Of a stretch of DNA of 64,000 bases, positions 35,295 through 45,175 are shown one piece after another. This DNA is from an uncultured Verrucomicrobiota bacterium. Its GTDB lineage: Bacteria > Auribacterota > JABMQX01. The stretch spans positions 64,661 to 128,660 of the forward strand of contig CAYZXL010000006.1 of assembly GCA_964482435.1 (NCBI GenBank), read 5' to 3'. Positions within the stretch are counted from its first letter, which is position 1. Every line of letters begins with the position of its first letter. A model generated the notes under the pieces. It did no database searches. It worked only from the letters and a program-made list of their open reading frames with translations, and was not told the origin of the DNA. The position numbers and the translations under genes are program-made.

Positions 35295-38200
35295 ATGAAA
35301 AAACTTGCGATGAGTTTTGTTCTTTGCTGCCTTTGCGTGACGTCTTCGGAAGGCATCGTTATCAATGAGATTATGTACCACCCAACCGGCGACAACGAGG
35401 CGGACCTCGAGTGGTTGGAGCTGTATAACGATGACGTTGTTCCCTTAGACGTCGGCGGGTGGTCTTTCTCGAAAGGAATCAGCTACCAATTTTCGGAAAA
35501 CATCGTTCTGGCAGGGAAATCCTACGTCGTGGTCTGTGCAAACAAGATTGCCCTGATGGGGATATATCCCATAACCAAGGATAAGCTCTACGGCCCCTTC
35601 GAGGGACGGCTTGACAGCGGAGGCGAGCAGATTGCTCTCGTGGACAAGCTGGGAGCGGTCATGGCACACGTCCACTATAGGGACAGGGACCCCTGGCCGG
35701 CTGGAGCGGACGGGACAGGGTTCTCTCTGGCTCTCATCAATCCCGACCTGCCGATGGACGAAAGCGAAAGCTGGGCGGTCAGCGCCAAGCCCCTTGGAAG
35801 CCCTGGCCAGCCGAACGGCTTCGAGGAGGAGACGACCATCACCGACACTCCCCTTGTACAAGTGGGGGAATTGTGGAAGTACTTCAAGGGCACGGAACCT
35901 CCTTCGGCAGACCCTCTCGGGTGGACTGAACCCGATTTCGATGACTCTACCGAGAAGTGGCTTTCCGGTCCGACAGGCATAGGATACGGCGACGGCGACG
36001 ACGCCACAGAGGTTACGGATATGCAGAACGCCTATCGCTCCGTTTTCTGTCGTAAAAAGTTTGAGGTTACGAACGTTTCCTCCATAGACAGCGTCGTGTT
36101 CAAAATTGCTTACGACGATGGATTCATAGCCTTTCTCAATGGTCCCGAACAGGAAATTGGCCGAAAGAACATGGGGAATACAGGGGACGTCTTCACTTAC
36201 AACATGGAGGCCACGACGAGCGTCGGAGACCTTCCGGAGTCGGCAGAATTCAACGTTCCGAAATCCTATCTGCGAGAGGGGACGAACGTCCTGGCGGTTC
36301 AGATTCACAATTACGGCATAGGCAGCAGCGACCTTTCGATGATTCCATCTCTCTCCAGCCGAAAGGTCAAAACCAGCGGCGGCGTAACGCCCATGCCCGT
36401 GGTCATCAACGAGTTTCTGGCCAACTCCAGCGGCGAGACATTTGTGGAGCTGTTCAATAATAGCAACGCGGACATGGACATCGGGCTGACTTATCTCAGC
36501 GACGACCCGCTGAACTTGATGAAGTACCAGATTCCGGCGGGCACCGTCATTAAGGCCTGGAAGCCCGCGTCTTTCAGCGAGACGGCCATGGGCTTTCCGC
36601 TGCCCCAGGGAGATGCGGCGATTTATCTCACCACGCCCGACGCAGCGCGGATTATTGACGCACAGGCTTACGCAACCGAGCGACTGGACATGAGCCGCGG
36701 TCGGTATCCCGACGGGGAGGGGCGCTGGTACACCATGCACACACCAACCCCTGGCGAGCCGAATGAGATTTCGGTCAACACCTCCATCGTCATCAACGAA
36801 CTGATGTTCCATCCGTATGAGAACGACGATACCCTCGAGTACATCGAGCTGTACAACCGGGGAACCGAGGCAGTGGACATGTCCGGCTGGAGTTTCGATG
36901 AGGGAGTGGATTTCGTTTTCCCCATCGAGACGACGCTCGATGCAGGGGATTATCTCGTCGTCGCGAAGAATCAGGAGACTATTGCCCAGAAGTACGCCGT
37001 ATCCAACGTCATCGGAAATTTCGGCGGAAACCTCGAGAACGAAGGCGAGAAAGTCGAACTTGTTGACGCCATAGGGAACGTTGTGGACGAGGTTCGCTAT
37101 TCCGGGGGAGGACGATGGCCTATCTGGGCCGCGGGATGGGGATCGAGCCTTGAGCTGATAGACCCGCGGCAGGACAACAGCTCGCCTTCCGCATGGGCCG
37201 CCAGCGACGAGAGAAGCAGGGCAGTCTGGACTCGCATCGAGTACAGCGGCCAGTTCAGCGGAGGTGAGTCGGAATTTCACTTCTTCCTGATGCATCGGGG
37301 GGAGTGCTTGATTGACGACATCAGCATGAAGCGCGGTGGCCAGGAATACATCCCAAACGGTTCTTTTGAATCGGGCACATCGGGCTGGAAGATCGAGGGC
37401 AACCACATCCAATCGTCCATCTACACTCAGGAGGCGCGCAGCGGTGCGAGGTGCCTGAAGATCGTAGCCACTGGCCGGGGAGACACCGGCGCCAACAGGA
37501 TCGAATGCGACACCACCACTGCCCTGAGCTCAGGCCAGACCTACACGATTTCGTTCTGGGTCAAGTGGCAGAGAGGAGTTGATTTGATTTACACGCGGAC
37601 CCATAGCCAGGGAGCGCCGCGGGCAAGTCGGATTCCGATGCCCTCTCCTCGCGGGACGCCCGGCAAGCCAAACACCGTTTACCTGTCGAATCTCGGCCCG
37701 GTTATCTGGGATGTGACCCAGAAGCCGATTGTCCCGAAATCCGCCGACTCCGTCAGGATTACGGCAAAAATCAGCGATTCGGACGGAGTTACGTCGGTCA
37801 CCTTGTATTACAGGGGAGACAACGACGCAAACTACAACAGCGTCCAGATGTTCGACGACGGATCGCATAACGATAGACGGGCAGGGGATGGACTCTACGC
37901 CGGGGAAATCCCACCCCGAGGCAGCATTGATTTGATGAGGTTCTACATCGTCCCCCAGGACGCGCTCTCTGCAACTCAGCGGTTTCCCGCCATGGACGGA
38001 AGGTTTTGCCTGTACCAGATTGAGAACACCCCTCCCTCGACGAAGCTCCCCATTTATCGCATTTTGTTGTCGCGCGAGGCCGACCAGCAAATGCGCAGCC
38101 AGGTTCGGCTGAGCAACGAGCTTGCCGACTGCACGTTCGTCTTGAACAACACCCAGATTTACTATAACTGCGGCGTTCGCACCCGAGGCAGCGGCTGGAC

Positions 38201-41135
38201 AAGAGGCACCCACCCGTCAAATCAGTACCGAATTGAGTTTAATGCCGACCAGCCTCTCCGGGGAGTTCAGGAGGAAATGAACCTCGACTGGGACAACGCC
38301 GACGGCACCAAGCAGCACGACTGGACAGTACATCATCTACTGCGCAAGCTCGGGGGCGTTCCGACGAGCTACCATAAGTACGTCCACGTGCGGTTTAACG
38401 CAAATTTCACAGCCCTGTCAGTAGAAGTGCAGAAGGTGGATGGGGCGTACGCTCGGCACTACTGGCCTGATGACGCCCAGGGGAACCTCTTCGAGGTGGA
38501 CGACCGCTTTGAATGGACCGACAGTTGGAACCACGGCAACTGGGACGCCTACATGCGCTGGCTGGGCGCCGATAAGGAGAAATATCGCTGGAATTTTGAG
38601 TTACGAACGAACGAAAAAGAGGATGATTACTCCGGCCTCCTCGACTTCATCTCTTTCATGGACCCCGCGAGGACAAACAACACCACTTTCGATGACCAAG
38701 CCCTGGGTGTTCTCGACGTGAGTGAATGGCTGAAAGTGCTTTGCGTCAGGTTCCTGGTGGACGATTGGGATACCTACGGCTACAACCGCGGAAAGAACGC
38801 TTACTTCTATAAGCCCCTTCATCGAGGAGACGGCACGCCCCAGGACCCACCGCGGGACGGCAAATGGGCTCTTATCCCCTGGGACAGCGACCTGACTTTC
38901 AACAACGCGAGCGCCCCCATCGTTAGCGGCCAATTCACCGACATTCAAAGAATGATCAACAGGCCCCAGTTTCAGCGACTGTACTACGGTTACTACCTCT
39001 GGCTCATTGACGGTCCTTTCAGCCGGGCACAGATAGACCCCGTTCTCGACAGAACGTACCAGGCCGTGGCCAGCGAGCCGGGCGCGCCGAGCGGCCCCGA
39101 CGGAATGAAGAGCTTCATCACCAACCGCATTTCGGCGATTCGCTCGATGATTCAATCTGACGCGAAATTCGCCATCACGACGAATTCTGGCATGGACTTC
39201 GAGGTTCAGGTGCCGCAGGTTACCCTAGAAGGAGTCGCGCCCTTCATTGCTACGACGATGAACGTGAAGGTCAACGATGGACCGGACGAGCCCCTCAAGG
39301 CGACTTGGCTCGACTCGAAGCGCTGGCGGGCGACATTCTCTCTGGGGCCGAGCATAAACCGCTTCGTTGTGACGGGACTCGCTGTGGACAACAAGGTAGT
39401 CGGAACTGCCAGCATCACGGTGACCTGGGGGTTGAGTCCCACAACTGATACCGACAACGACGGGCTCTTCGATAGAGAAGAAGGCGAGGTTTACCACACG
39501 GATTACATGAATCCCGACACCGACGGCGATGGACTAACCGACGGGAACGAGGTGCACGTATATTTCAGCGACCCGACCAAGAAAGACACCGACGGCGACG
39601 GCCTCACCGACCCGGAGGAAGTGATCACTTACCTCACAGACCCCAGGAAGGCGGATACCGACGACGATTCACTCCCGGATAAATGGGAAATCGAGAATCA
39701 GCTCAATCCGAAAGTCGCAGATGGCGACGACGGAGCAAACGGCGACCCGGACGCTGACGGGCTAACCAATTTGGCCGAGTACCAGAGCGGAACAAATCCC
39801 CGAAATGCCGACACTGACGGGGATGCCATGTCCGACCCCTGGGAAATCCAGTGGGGCTTCAACCCGAACGTCGGCACCGGACCGGATGGACCGGATGGGG
39901 ACCGCGATGGCGACGGACTGACAAACCTCGGTGAATATCGCAACGGCACCAATCCCAGCAAGGCTGACAGCGACGACGACGGACTGAACGACCTCTGGGA
40001 GGTCCAGAACAATCTCGACCCCAACAGCGGGCAGGGCAATGACGGCCCGGATGGCGACCCCGACGGTGATGGCCTGACGAATCAGGAAGAGTTTGCCTAC
40101 GGCACCAAGCCCAAGAGCAACGACTCCGATTCCGACCAGATGGACGACCGCTGGGAGATTCAGAACAACCTCGACCCGACGAGCAGCGAAGGAGACAATG
40201 GCTCCGCCGGCGACCTCGATGGCGACGGGCTGACGAACCTGCGGGAATACCAGAGCATGACGAAGCCCAACAACCGCGATACCGACGACGATGGAATGGA
40301 TGACTTCTGGGAAGTCGAAAACGGCTTAGACCCAACTCAGCCAACGGGAGACAATGGACCCGACGGCGACCCCGACGGTGACCAGATACAGAATCTGAAA
40401 GAATATCAATACGGGCTTGACCCGTGGACGCCTAACACGGACACCGACCAGGATGGCTTGAGCGACCTGTGGGAAATCACGTACGGACTCAGCCCGACAA
40501 GTCCTGACGGGAATGATGGCGCCGGGGGCGACCCCGATGGCGACGGCCTGTCGAATGCCGATGAGCTTCAAAAGGGGACAAGTCCTGTCAATCCCGATTC
40601 AGACTCCGACGGAATGAACGACGGATGGGAAGTCCAGAACGGCCTCGACCCGGCGAGCAATGTGGGCGACGATGGCGCGACCGGCGACCCCGACGCAGAC
40701 ACTCTGCTGAACAAAGAGGAATACGACCACAACGCCAACCCAAGAGACCCCGACACCGACGATGATGGGATGGGAGACGCCTGGGAGGTTCGGAACGGCC
40801 TCGATCCAGCCAGCGCCGAAGGAGAAAATGGACCGGACGGCGACCCCGACGACGATGGAAGCTCCAATATGGAGGAGATGATAGCCGGAACCCTGCCGCT
40901 CTCCGCAGAATCGGTTTTTGCCGTGGTATCCATCGGCAATAACGGCTCTTCCATCACCATCACGTGGTCAACGGTGGAGGGGAAACGGTACAGGATTCTC
41001 GCGGCGGACACCATAGACGGGACCTGGACGCCCATCGCCGCCGACATCGTGGGAACGGGACAGCCAGCCCTCTTCGAGGACGGCGCAGGCGTTTCTCAAG
41101 GGAAGGCGTTCTACAAAGTGGAGGTGTATTACTGA
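35295..41135 (+). CDS. Giant secreted protein C: lamin-tail domains (LTD) x3, CotH kinase-like domain, Ig-like region, bacterial TSP3/calcium-binding repeat array, shared C-terminal domain
   Basis: 1946 aa, signal peptide MKKLAMSFVLCCLCVTSSEG. LTD motifs: VINEIMYHP...LEWLELYN, VINEFLANSSGETFVELFN, VINELMFHP...LEYIELYN. CotH-like block: YYNCGVRTRGSGWTRG...NQYRIEFN...MNLDWDNADGTKQHDWTVHHLLRKLGGVPTSYHKYVHVRFNANFTALSVEVQKVD. Asp-rich repeats are DTDGDGLTD and others. Tail RYRILAADTIDGTWTPIAADIVGTGQPALFEDGAGVSQGKAFYKVEVYY. Confidence 0.9.
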   Translation: MKKLAMSFVLCCLCVTSSEGIVINEIMYHPTGDNEADLEWLELYNDDVVPLDVGGWSFSKGISYQFSENIVLAGKSYVVVCANKIALMGIYPITKDKLYGPFEGRLDSGGEQIALVDKLGAVMAHVHYRDRDPWPAGADGTGFSLALINPDLPMDESESWAVSAKPLGSPGQPNGFEEETTITDTPLVQVGELWKYFKGTEPPSADPLGWTEPDFDDSTEKWLSGPTGIGYGDGDDATEVTDMQNAYRSVFCRKKFEVTNVSSIDSVVFKIAYDDGFIAFLNGPEQEIGRKNMGNTGDVFTYNMEATTSVGDLPESAEFNVPKSYLREGTNVLAVQIHNYGIGSSDLSMIPSLSSRKVKTSGGVTPMPVVINEFLANSSGETFVELFNNSNADMDIGLTYLSDDPLNLMKYQIPAGTVIKAWKPASFSETAMGFPLPQGDAAIYLTTPDAARIIDAQAYATERLDMSRGRYPDGEGRWYTMHTPTPGEPNEISVNTSIVINELMFHPYENDDTLEYIELYNRGTEAVDMSGWSFDEGVDFVFPIETTLDAGDYLVVAKNQETIAQKYAVSNVIGNFGGNLENEGEKVELVDAIGNVVDEVRYSGGGRWPIWAAGWGSSLELIDPRQDNSSPSAWAASDERSRAVWTRIEYSGQFSGGESEFHFFLMHRGECLIDDISMKRGGQEYIPNGSFESGTSGWKIEGNHIQSSIYTQEARSGARCLKIVATGRGDTGANRIECDTTTALSSGQTYTISFWVKWQRGVDLIYTRTHSQGAPRASRIPMPSPRGTPGKPNTVYLSNLGPVIWDVTQKPIVPKSADSVRITAKISDSDGVTSVTLYYRGDNDANYNSVQMFDDGSHNDRRAGDGLYAGEIPPRGSIDLMRFYIVPQDALSATQRFPAMDGRFCLYQIENTPPSTKLPIYRILLSREADQQMRSQVRLSNELADCTFVLNNTQIYYNCGVRTRGSGWTRGTHPSNQYRIEFNADQPLRGVQEEMNLDWDNADGTKQHDWTVHHLLRKLGGVPTSYHKYVHVRFNANFTALSVEVQKVDGAYARHYWPDDAQGNLFEVDDRFEWTDSWNHGNWDAYMRWLGADKEKYRWNFELRTNEKEDDYSGLLDFISFMDPARTNNTTFDDQALGVLDVSEWLKVLCVRFLVDDWDTYGYNRGKNAYFYKPLHRGDGTPQDPPRDGKWALIPWDSDLTFNNASAPIVSGQFTDIQRMINRPQFQRLYYGYYLWLIDGPFSRAQIDPVLDRTYQAVASEPGAPSGPDGMKSFITNRISAIRSMIQSDAKFAITTNSGMDFEVQVPQVTLEGVAPFIATTMNVKVNDGPDEPLKATWLDSKRWRATFSLGPSINRFVVTGLAVDNKVVGTASITVTWGLSPTTDTDNDGLFDREEGEVYHTDYMNPDTDGDGLTDGNEVHVYFSDPTKKDTDGDGLTDPEEVITYLTDPRKADTDDDSLPDKWEIENQLNPKVADGDDGANGDPDADGLTNLAEYQSGTNPRNADTDGDAMSDPWEIQWGFNPNVGTGPDGPDGDRDGDGLTNLGEYRNGTNPSKADSDDDGLNDLWEVQNNLDPNSGQGNDGPDGDPDGDGLTNQEEFAYGTKPKSNDSDSDQMDDRWEIQNNLDPTSSEGDNGSAGDLDGDGLTNLREYQSMTKPNNRDTDDDGMDDFWEVENGLDPTQPTGDNGPDGDPDGDQIQNLKEYQYGLDPWTPNTDTDQDGLSDLWEITYGLSPTSPDGNDGAGGDPDGDGLSNADELQKGTSPVNPDSDSDGMNDGWEVQNGLDPASNVGDDGATGDPDADTLLNKEEYDHNANPRDPDTDDDGMGDAWEVRNGLDPASAEGENGPDGDPDDDGSSNMEEMIAGTLPLSAESVFAVVSIGNNGSSITITWSTVEGKRYRILAADTIDGTWTPIAADIVGTGQPALFEDGAGVSQGKAFYKVEVYY
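39436..40890 (+). repeat. In-frame tandem repeat array within protein C (TSP3-like Asp-rich units)
   Basis: Short DxDxDG units come first. From about 39681 there are eight ~46-48-aa units of the form WE[IV]xNxL[DN]P...DGDPDGDGLTNxxEY...[DN]xDxDxD (KWEIENQLNP, PWEIQWGFNP, LWEVQNNLDP, RWEIQNNLDP, FWEVENGLDP, LWEITYGLSP, GWEVQNGLDP, AWEVRNGLDP). Confidence 0.8.
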
Positions 41136-41174
41136 GCGGGGGGGCTTCCCGAAGAGTGCGGTCCGTGCGGTAGG

Positions 41175-41711
41175 TCAATCGGGCTTCCGGGGCGACTTAC
41201 GGGCCCGGCGACGCTTCTTCTCCTCGCGCGACCCGAAAACGGCAATGAAAGTCTCGACCATCTTCGCGCAGTCGTCACACACCTCCGGCGTCTGGTCGCG
41301 GAGCGCCCTGGCGATGCGGTTGAGGGGCCTGCTCCTCTGCTCGTTGAGCAGCTTGGCGTAGCCCTGCGGTTTGACGACCTCGCCCTCGTAGAACGAGAAG
41401 GAGGCGAGGGTCTCTATTTCATCGGGCGTGATGTCAGGGGGTTTCACGTCCGACTTGAGAAAAGCCTGGAGGTTGTCCGGCAGAGACTCCATAGGGGGCG
41501 AAACGTAGCCGAGGTCTTTGAGCATCTCGAGCAACGACATCCGGAGGGCAGCCGCGATTTTTATCAGAGTATCGATTTTCGGTAAGCCCCTTTCCTCCTT
41601 CGATAGCCGCGATATGTGAGCATCTGAAATTCCAGCCTCCCTCGATAGCTCACTTTGGGACATCCCTTTCTCTTTCAGCTTTCGCAAGACGTACGCGCCG
41701 AACTTCGTCAT
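41175..41711 (-). CDS. XRE-family helix-turn-helix transcriptional regulator with an uncharacterised C-terminal domain
   Basis: 178 aa. HTH_3-type N-terminus LRKLKEKGMSQSELSREAGISDAHISRLSKEERGLPKIDTLIKIAAALRMSL. Basic tail KKRRRARKSPRKPD. Convergent with gene C. Confidence 0.85.
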   Translation of the reverse strand: MTKFGAYVLRKLKEKGMSQSELSREAGISDAHISRLSKEERGLPKIDTLIKIAAALRMSLLEMLKDLGYVSPPMESLPDNLQAFLKSDVKPPDITPDEIETLASFSFYEGEVVKPQGYAKLLNEQRSRPLNRIARALRDQTPEVCDDCAKMVETFIAVFGSREEKKRRRARKSPRKPD

Positions 41712-41823
41712 CGCAACTCCCTCCTCTTATTGCCCGCGCTTTCGCGCGCTGCCTGCCTTCGGGGGTCAAGCGAACACGCAAATCTCTCCGCCCGACGAAA
41801 GAGTTCACTGCCCCGCCGTGCGT

Positions 41824-41852
41824 AGTTTACTGCAAGAAGGGAACGTGTCAAA
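41824..41852 (-). promoter_or_regulatory. Candidate sigma70 promoter of the HTH regulator gene
   Basis: Minus strand: TTGACA (41852-41847), 17-nt spacer, TAAACT (41829-41824), ~110 nt upstream of ATG 41711. Confidence 0.4.
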
Positions 41853-41931
41853 CAAAAATCTACAGAAAAGACGCCCCCTCACTTTCAGGCGGATATGGCG
41901 CTGTCGTGCGGACACAGTCGCGCCTTCTTGC

Positions 41932-41986
41932 GGTGGCAGGGCCATCTTGCCCATGATCCTCCACGGGCGGGACGCCCGTGCCACGG
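41932..41986 (+). repeat. R1 mini-hairpin repeat, copy 2
   Basis: ggtggcagggccatcttgcccatgatcctCCACGGGCGggaCGCCCGTGccacgg. It is near-identical to the reverse complement of 58471-58524 and related to 670-738. Confidence 0.7.
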
Positions 41987-42110
41987 TGCGGCACGCACGG
42001 CACTGAAGCCTTTCAACATCCCCCTGCCCAGAGGAGCCCGCAGGACACCATCCGCAGCCGCTCTACCCGGGTGGTTCGCAAGGCAGAGTACGGCGGGGAG
42101 TGTCCGCGCT

Positions 42111-42749
42111 TTAACGGAGGTCCGGTGGGTCAAAAAATGTCAACGACTTCTTCTCTTTCCGCACCGTCGTGGGAGGGCCGTGACCGGGGTAGATGACCGT
42201 CCCCGGCGGGAGAGAAAAAATTCGCTTGAAAATCGAATCCTTGAGTTGCGAGGTGGACCCGCCCGGTAAGTCCGTTCGTCCGACGGCGCCCCCCTCAAAA
42301 AGGACGTCACCGCAAAAGAGAACGTCGTTGATGAGGTAGGACACGCTGCCGGGGGAGTGACCCGGCGTATGAATGACCCGAAAAGATAAGCCGCCGACGC
42401 GGATTACCTCGTTGTCCCGGAGAAGGCGGTCCACAGGAGGCAGGGGTTCCCCTTCAAGTCCGACAAATGCCAGTTGCTCAACCACGGCGTCGTAAAAAGG
42501 AAGGTCTTCCCCGTGGCAGCAAATCTCTGCAGAGGTCCTTTTCTTTATCTCACCAACGCCGCCGATGTGGTCCCAGTGGCAATGCGTGATGAGTATCTTG
42601 CCGACGGAGAGCTTCAGAGACGAACAGCGCTCTAAAATGATTTCCGCGTCGGCGCCGGGGTCTATGACGACTCCCTCCGCCGACTCGCCTTCCGCGACGA
42701 GATAACAGTTGCACTCGTTAATGCCTACTGTGACGCTTTCGAGGATCAT
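42111..42749 (-). CDS. MBL-fold metallo-hydrolase (hydroxyacylglutathione hydrolase-like)
   Basis: Only the C-terminal 212 aa of track ORF 42111..43313 are genuine. They run from ATG 42749 (MILESVTVGINECNCYLV...) and carry HCHWDHIGG, HTPGHSPGS and the later GDVLF block. The upstream part of that ORF is antisense-frame read-through over pnp. The start overlaps the pnp stop by 32 nt. Confidence 0.9.
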   Translation of the reverse strand: MILESVTVGINECNCYLVAEGESAEGVVIDPGADAEIILERCSSLKLSVGKILITHCHWDHIGGVGEIKKRTSAEICCHGEDLPFYDAVVEQLAFVGLEGEPLPPVDRLLRDNEVIRVGGLSFRVIHTPGHSPGSVSYLINDVLFCGDVLFEGGAVGRTDLPGGSTSQLKDSIFKRIFSLPPGTVIYPGHGPPTTVRKEKKSLTFFDPPDLR

Positions 42750-44913
42750 CCCGGCGGTCGTTCCTTCTTCTGTCGGGAGGCCCCTCCCGGCGTGGGCGGC
42801 CCGCGTCGGGGCGGTCAGTTCCGCCTGAAGGGCCCAGCGCGTCCCGACGGCTGAGATTGATTCTGCCCCGGTCGTCAATATCGGTGACCTTGACCATGAT
42901 CTCGTCGCCGAGCCTGACGATGTCCTCGACCCGTTCGACGCGGTGGTCCGCAAGCCTCGAGATGTGGACAAGCCCCTCTTTCCCCGGGAGAATCTCCACG
43001 AAAGCCCCGAAGTCAACGATATTCTTGACGGTGCCGCGATAAACTTTTCCGACCTCCACCTCGGCGGTAAGACCCTGGATAGCCTTGACCGCAGCGTCGG
43101 AGGATTCCTGGCTCGTGCTGGCGATGGTGATTTTGCCGGAATCCTCAATGTCAATGACGGCGCCGGTGCTGCTTGTGATGCTGCGGATGACGCTCCCACC
43201 GGGGCCGATGACCGCGCCAATTTTTTCAGGATTAATATGGATGATTGTAATCTTCGGGGCGTACACGGAGACCGACGGACGCGGCTTGTCAATCGCAGCA
43301 TCCATAATATCAAGCACGTGGAGACGGGCTTTTTTCGCCTCCTGAAGAGCCTCCGCCATGATTTCTCGAGTTATCCCGGCGCCCTTGATGTCCATCTGGA
43401 AGGCGGTGATGCCCTGGCGCGTTCCGGCGACTTTGAAATCCATCTCGCCGAGGGCATCCTCAATGCCCAGGATGTCAGCCAGGATTACGTGGCGGTTTTC
43501 TTCCTTGATCAGCCCCATGGCGACTCCGGCCACGGCAGCCGACACAGGCACTCCCGCATCCATGAGGGCCAGAGAGCCCCCGCAGACCGTCGCCATCGAG
43601 GAGGAGCCGTTCGACTCCAGAATGTCGGACGTGATTCGGATGGTGTAAGGAAAAGTCACGTCGTCAGGAGTGACCGCCGTCAAAGCTCGTTCTGCCAGGA
43701 TTCCGTGCCCGATGTCCCGCCGGCTCGGCCCCCGTATCGGCTTGACCTCTCCGACACTGAACGGCGGGAAGTTGTAGTGAACCATGAACCTCTTTGACTG
43801 TTCGCCGATGAGCGTGTCGCGGCGTTGCTCGTCGGAAACCGTACCGAGAGTGGCGATGGCGAGGGCTTGCGTCTCGCCGCGAGTGAACAGCGCCGAACCG
43901 TGCGTTCGGGGAAGAAGTCCGACTTCGCAGGCAATGGGTCGGATGTCCAGCGGCCCGCGCCCGTCCGCTCTTCTGCCCTCCTTGAGGATGAGCTCCCGCA
44001 CGCGCTTCTGCTGAACCTCTCTGAAAGCCGCATCAATTTGTGCTTCCGTGTAGAGAGGACTTTCCTGCTCCGCGACGAGCTTATTTATCAAGCGTTCTCT
44101 CAGTCCACTGACGGCCTCGTTTCTGGGGGCCTTCTCTCGAATGGTTATGGCCGGGACGACGTCTTCCCCGACCAGCCCCTCGACGGCAGCCATCAAGTCC
44201 GGCGGCACAGTCAGGAACGACCGCTCAGCTTTCGGCTTTCCACATTTCTGGCCGAGCTCTCGTATGGCCCTGGCCACTTCCTTTACCGCGGCATGGCCGA
44301 ACATGATAGCTTCCAGGAGCGTCTCTTCCGAAGCGAACTTCGCCCAGCCTTCGACCATAGTAACGGCTTCTTCCGTCCCAGCTATGACAAGGTCGAGGGC
44401 AGAGGTCTCCATCTGCTGGTGCGTTGGGTTGACGACGAGGGTTCCATTGAACTTGCCGACTCGAACCATGCCAATGGGACCCCCGAAGGGAATGTCAGAA
44501 ACCGTCAGAGCCGCCGAAGCGCCGACCCCCGTCAGGATGTCCGGGTCGTTCACATCGTCGGCGGAAAGAACCTCACCGACAATCTGGACTTCTTCCAGCA
44601 TGCCTTTCGGGAAAAGGGGCCTGATGGTACGGTCACCAAGCCGGCACGTGAGAATCTCCTTCTCCGTCGGTCTCCCCTCGCGCTTGATGTAGCCACCGGG
44701 GAAACGCCCTGCCGCCGACGTCTTCTCCCGGTACTCGACGGTGAGAGGGAAGAAATCCACTCCTTCCCTGGGGGTATCGGCGATGGTAACTGCGGAGAGC
44801 ACAATCGTGTCACCATACCTGACGGCGACAGACCCGTTAGCCTGCTTTGCCATTTTACCGGTCTGAATGGTCAGTTCTTTTCCCCCGACCCAAACTGAAA
44901 TAGATTCCAGCAT
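42718..44913 (-). CDS. pnp: Polyribonucleotide nucleotidyltransferase (PNPase)
   Basis: Track ORF 42718..44985. ATG 44913 follows GGAGG and gives MLESISVWVGGKELTIQTGKMAKQANGSV. Two RNase PH domains, KH and S1 (VGKVYRGTVKNIVDFGAFVEILPGKEGLVHIS), and an Arg-rich tail. Confidence 0.97.
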   Translation of the reverse strand: MLESISVWVGGKELTIQTGKMAKQANGSVAVRYGDTIVLSAVTIADTPREGVDFFPLTVEYREKTSAAGRFPGGYIKREGRPTEKEILTCRLGDRTIRPLFPKGMLEEVQIVGEVLSADDVNDPDILTGVGASAALTVSDIPFGGPIGMVRVGKFNGTLVVNPTHQQMETSALDLVIAGTEEAVTMVEGWAKFASEETLLEAIMFGHAAVKEVARAIRELGQKCGKPKAERSFLTVPPDLMAAVEGLVGEDVVPAITIREKAPRNEAVSGLRERLINKLVAEQESPLYTEAQIDAAFREVQQKRVRELILKEGRRADGRGPLDIRPIACEVGLLPRTHGSALFTRGETQALAIATLGTVSDEQRRDTLIGEQSKRFMVHYNFPPFSVGEVKPIRGPSRRDIGHGILAERALTAVTPDDVTFPYTIRITSDILESNGSSSMATVCGGSLALMDAGVPVSAAVAGVAMGLIKEENRHVILADILGIEDALGEMDFKVAGTRQGITAFQMDIKGAGITREIMAEALQEAKKARLHVLDIMDAAIDKPRPSVSVYAPKITIIHINPEKIGAVIGPGGSVIRSITSSTGAVIDIEDSGKITIASTSQESSDAAVKAIQGLTAEVEVGKVYRGTVKNIVDFGAFVEILPGKEGLVHISRLADHRVERVEDIVRLGDEIMVKVTDIDDRGRINLSRRDALGPSGGTDRPDAGRPRREGPPDRRRNDRRDDPRKRHSRH

Positions 44914-44936
44914 CGTTCCTCCATAAAAAGTTTTGA

Positions 44937-45115
44937 CGACCCGCCCCTCTTCCTTGGTCATCAGAGACGAACCCGCGACACACAAGCCCCGACCTCTCCG
45001 GAAAGAACCTTCTTCCGGACGAGGGGCATCGCCCGAAAGGAGTTCAACCCGGGTAATGAAACGGTGATCGTGGAGTCGCCTCTAATGATCAAGGGAAGAA
45101 GTTTTGTGGCGGGTT
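44937..45115 (-). promoter_or_regulatory. Structured rpsO-pnp intergenic leader (long imperfect hairpin)
   Basis: 44937-44968 (acgacccgcccctcttccttggtcatcagagacg) is complementary to 45076-45115 (cgcctctaatgatcaagggaagaagttttgtggcgggttgt). An inner hairpin lies at 44988-45026 (ccccgacctctccggaa...ttccggacgagggg). Position and shape match the RNase III/PNPase-autoregulated pnp leader known from E. coli. Confidence 0.4.
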
Positions 45116-45175
45116 GTACGGGTTCATTTGCGTGAGCCCATGCCCAGCCTCGTTCCATCGAACAAACCGGTGGAC

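Noticed and set aside
39436-40890. Regular ~140-bp periodicity that could superficially suggest a CRISPR-like or satellite array
   Set aside because: The units are in-frame protein repeats (TSP3-like Ca-binding modules). There are no unique spacers, and the repeats diverge at the DNA level as coding repeats do.
42750-43313. N-terminal 188 aa of track ORF 42111..43313
   Set aside because: This part is an alternate frame of the pnp 3' region (Ser/Arg/Pro-rich, no homology). Only the last 212 aa form the MBL hydrolase.
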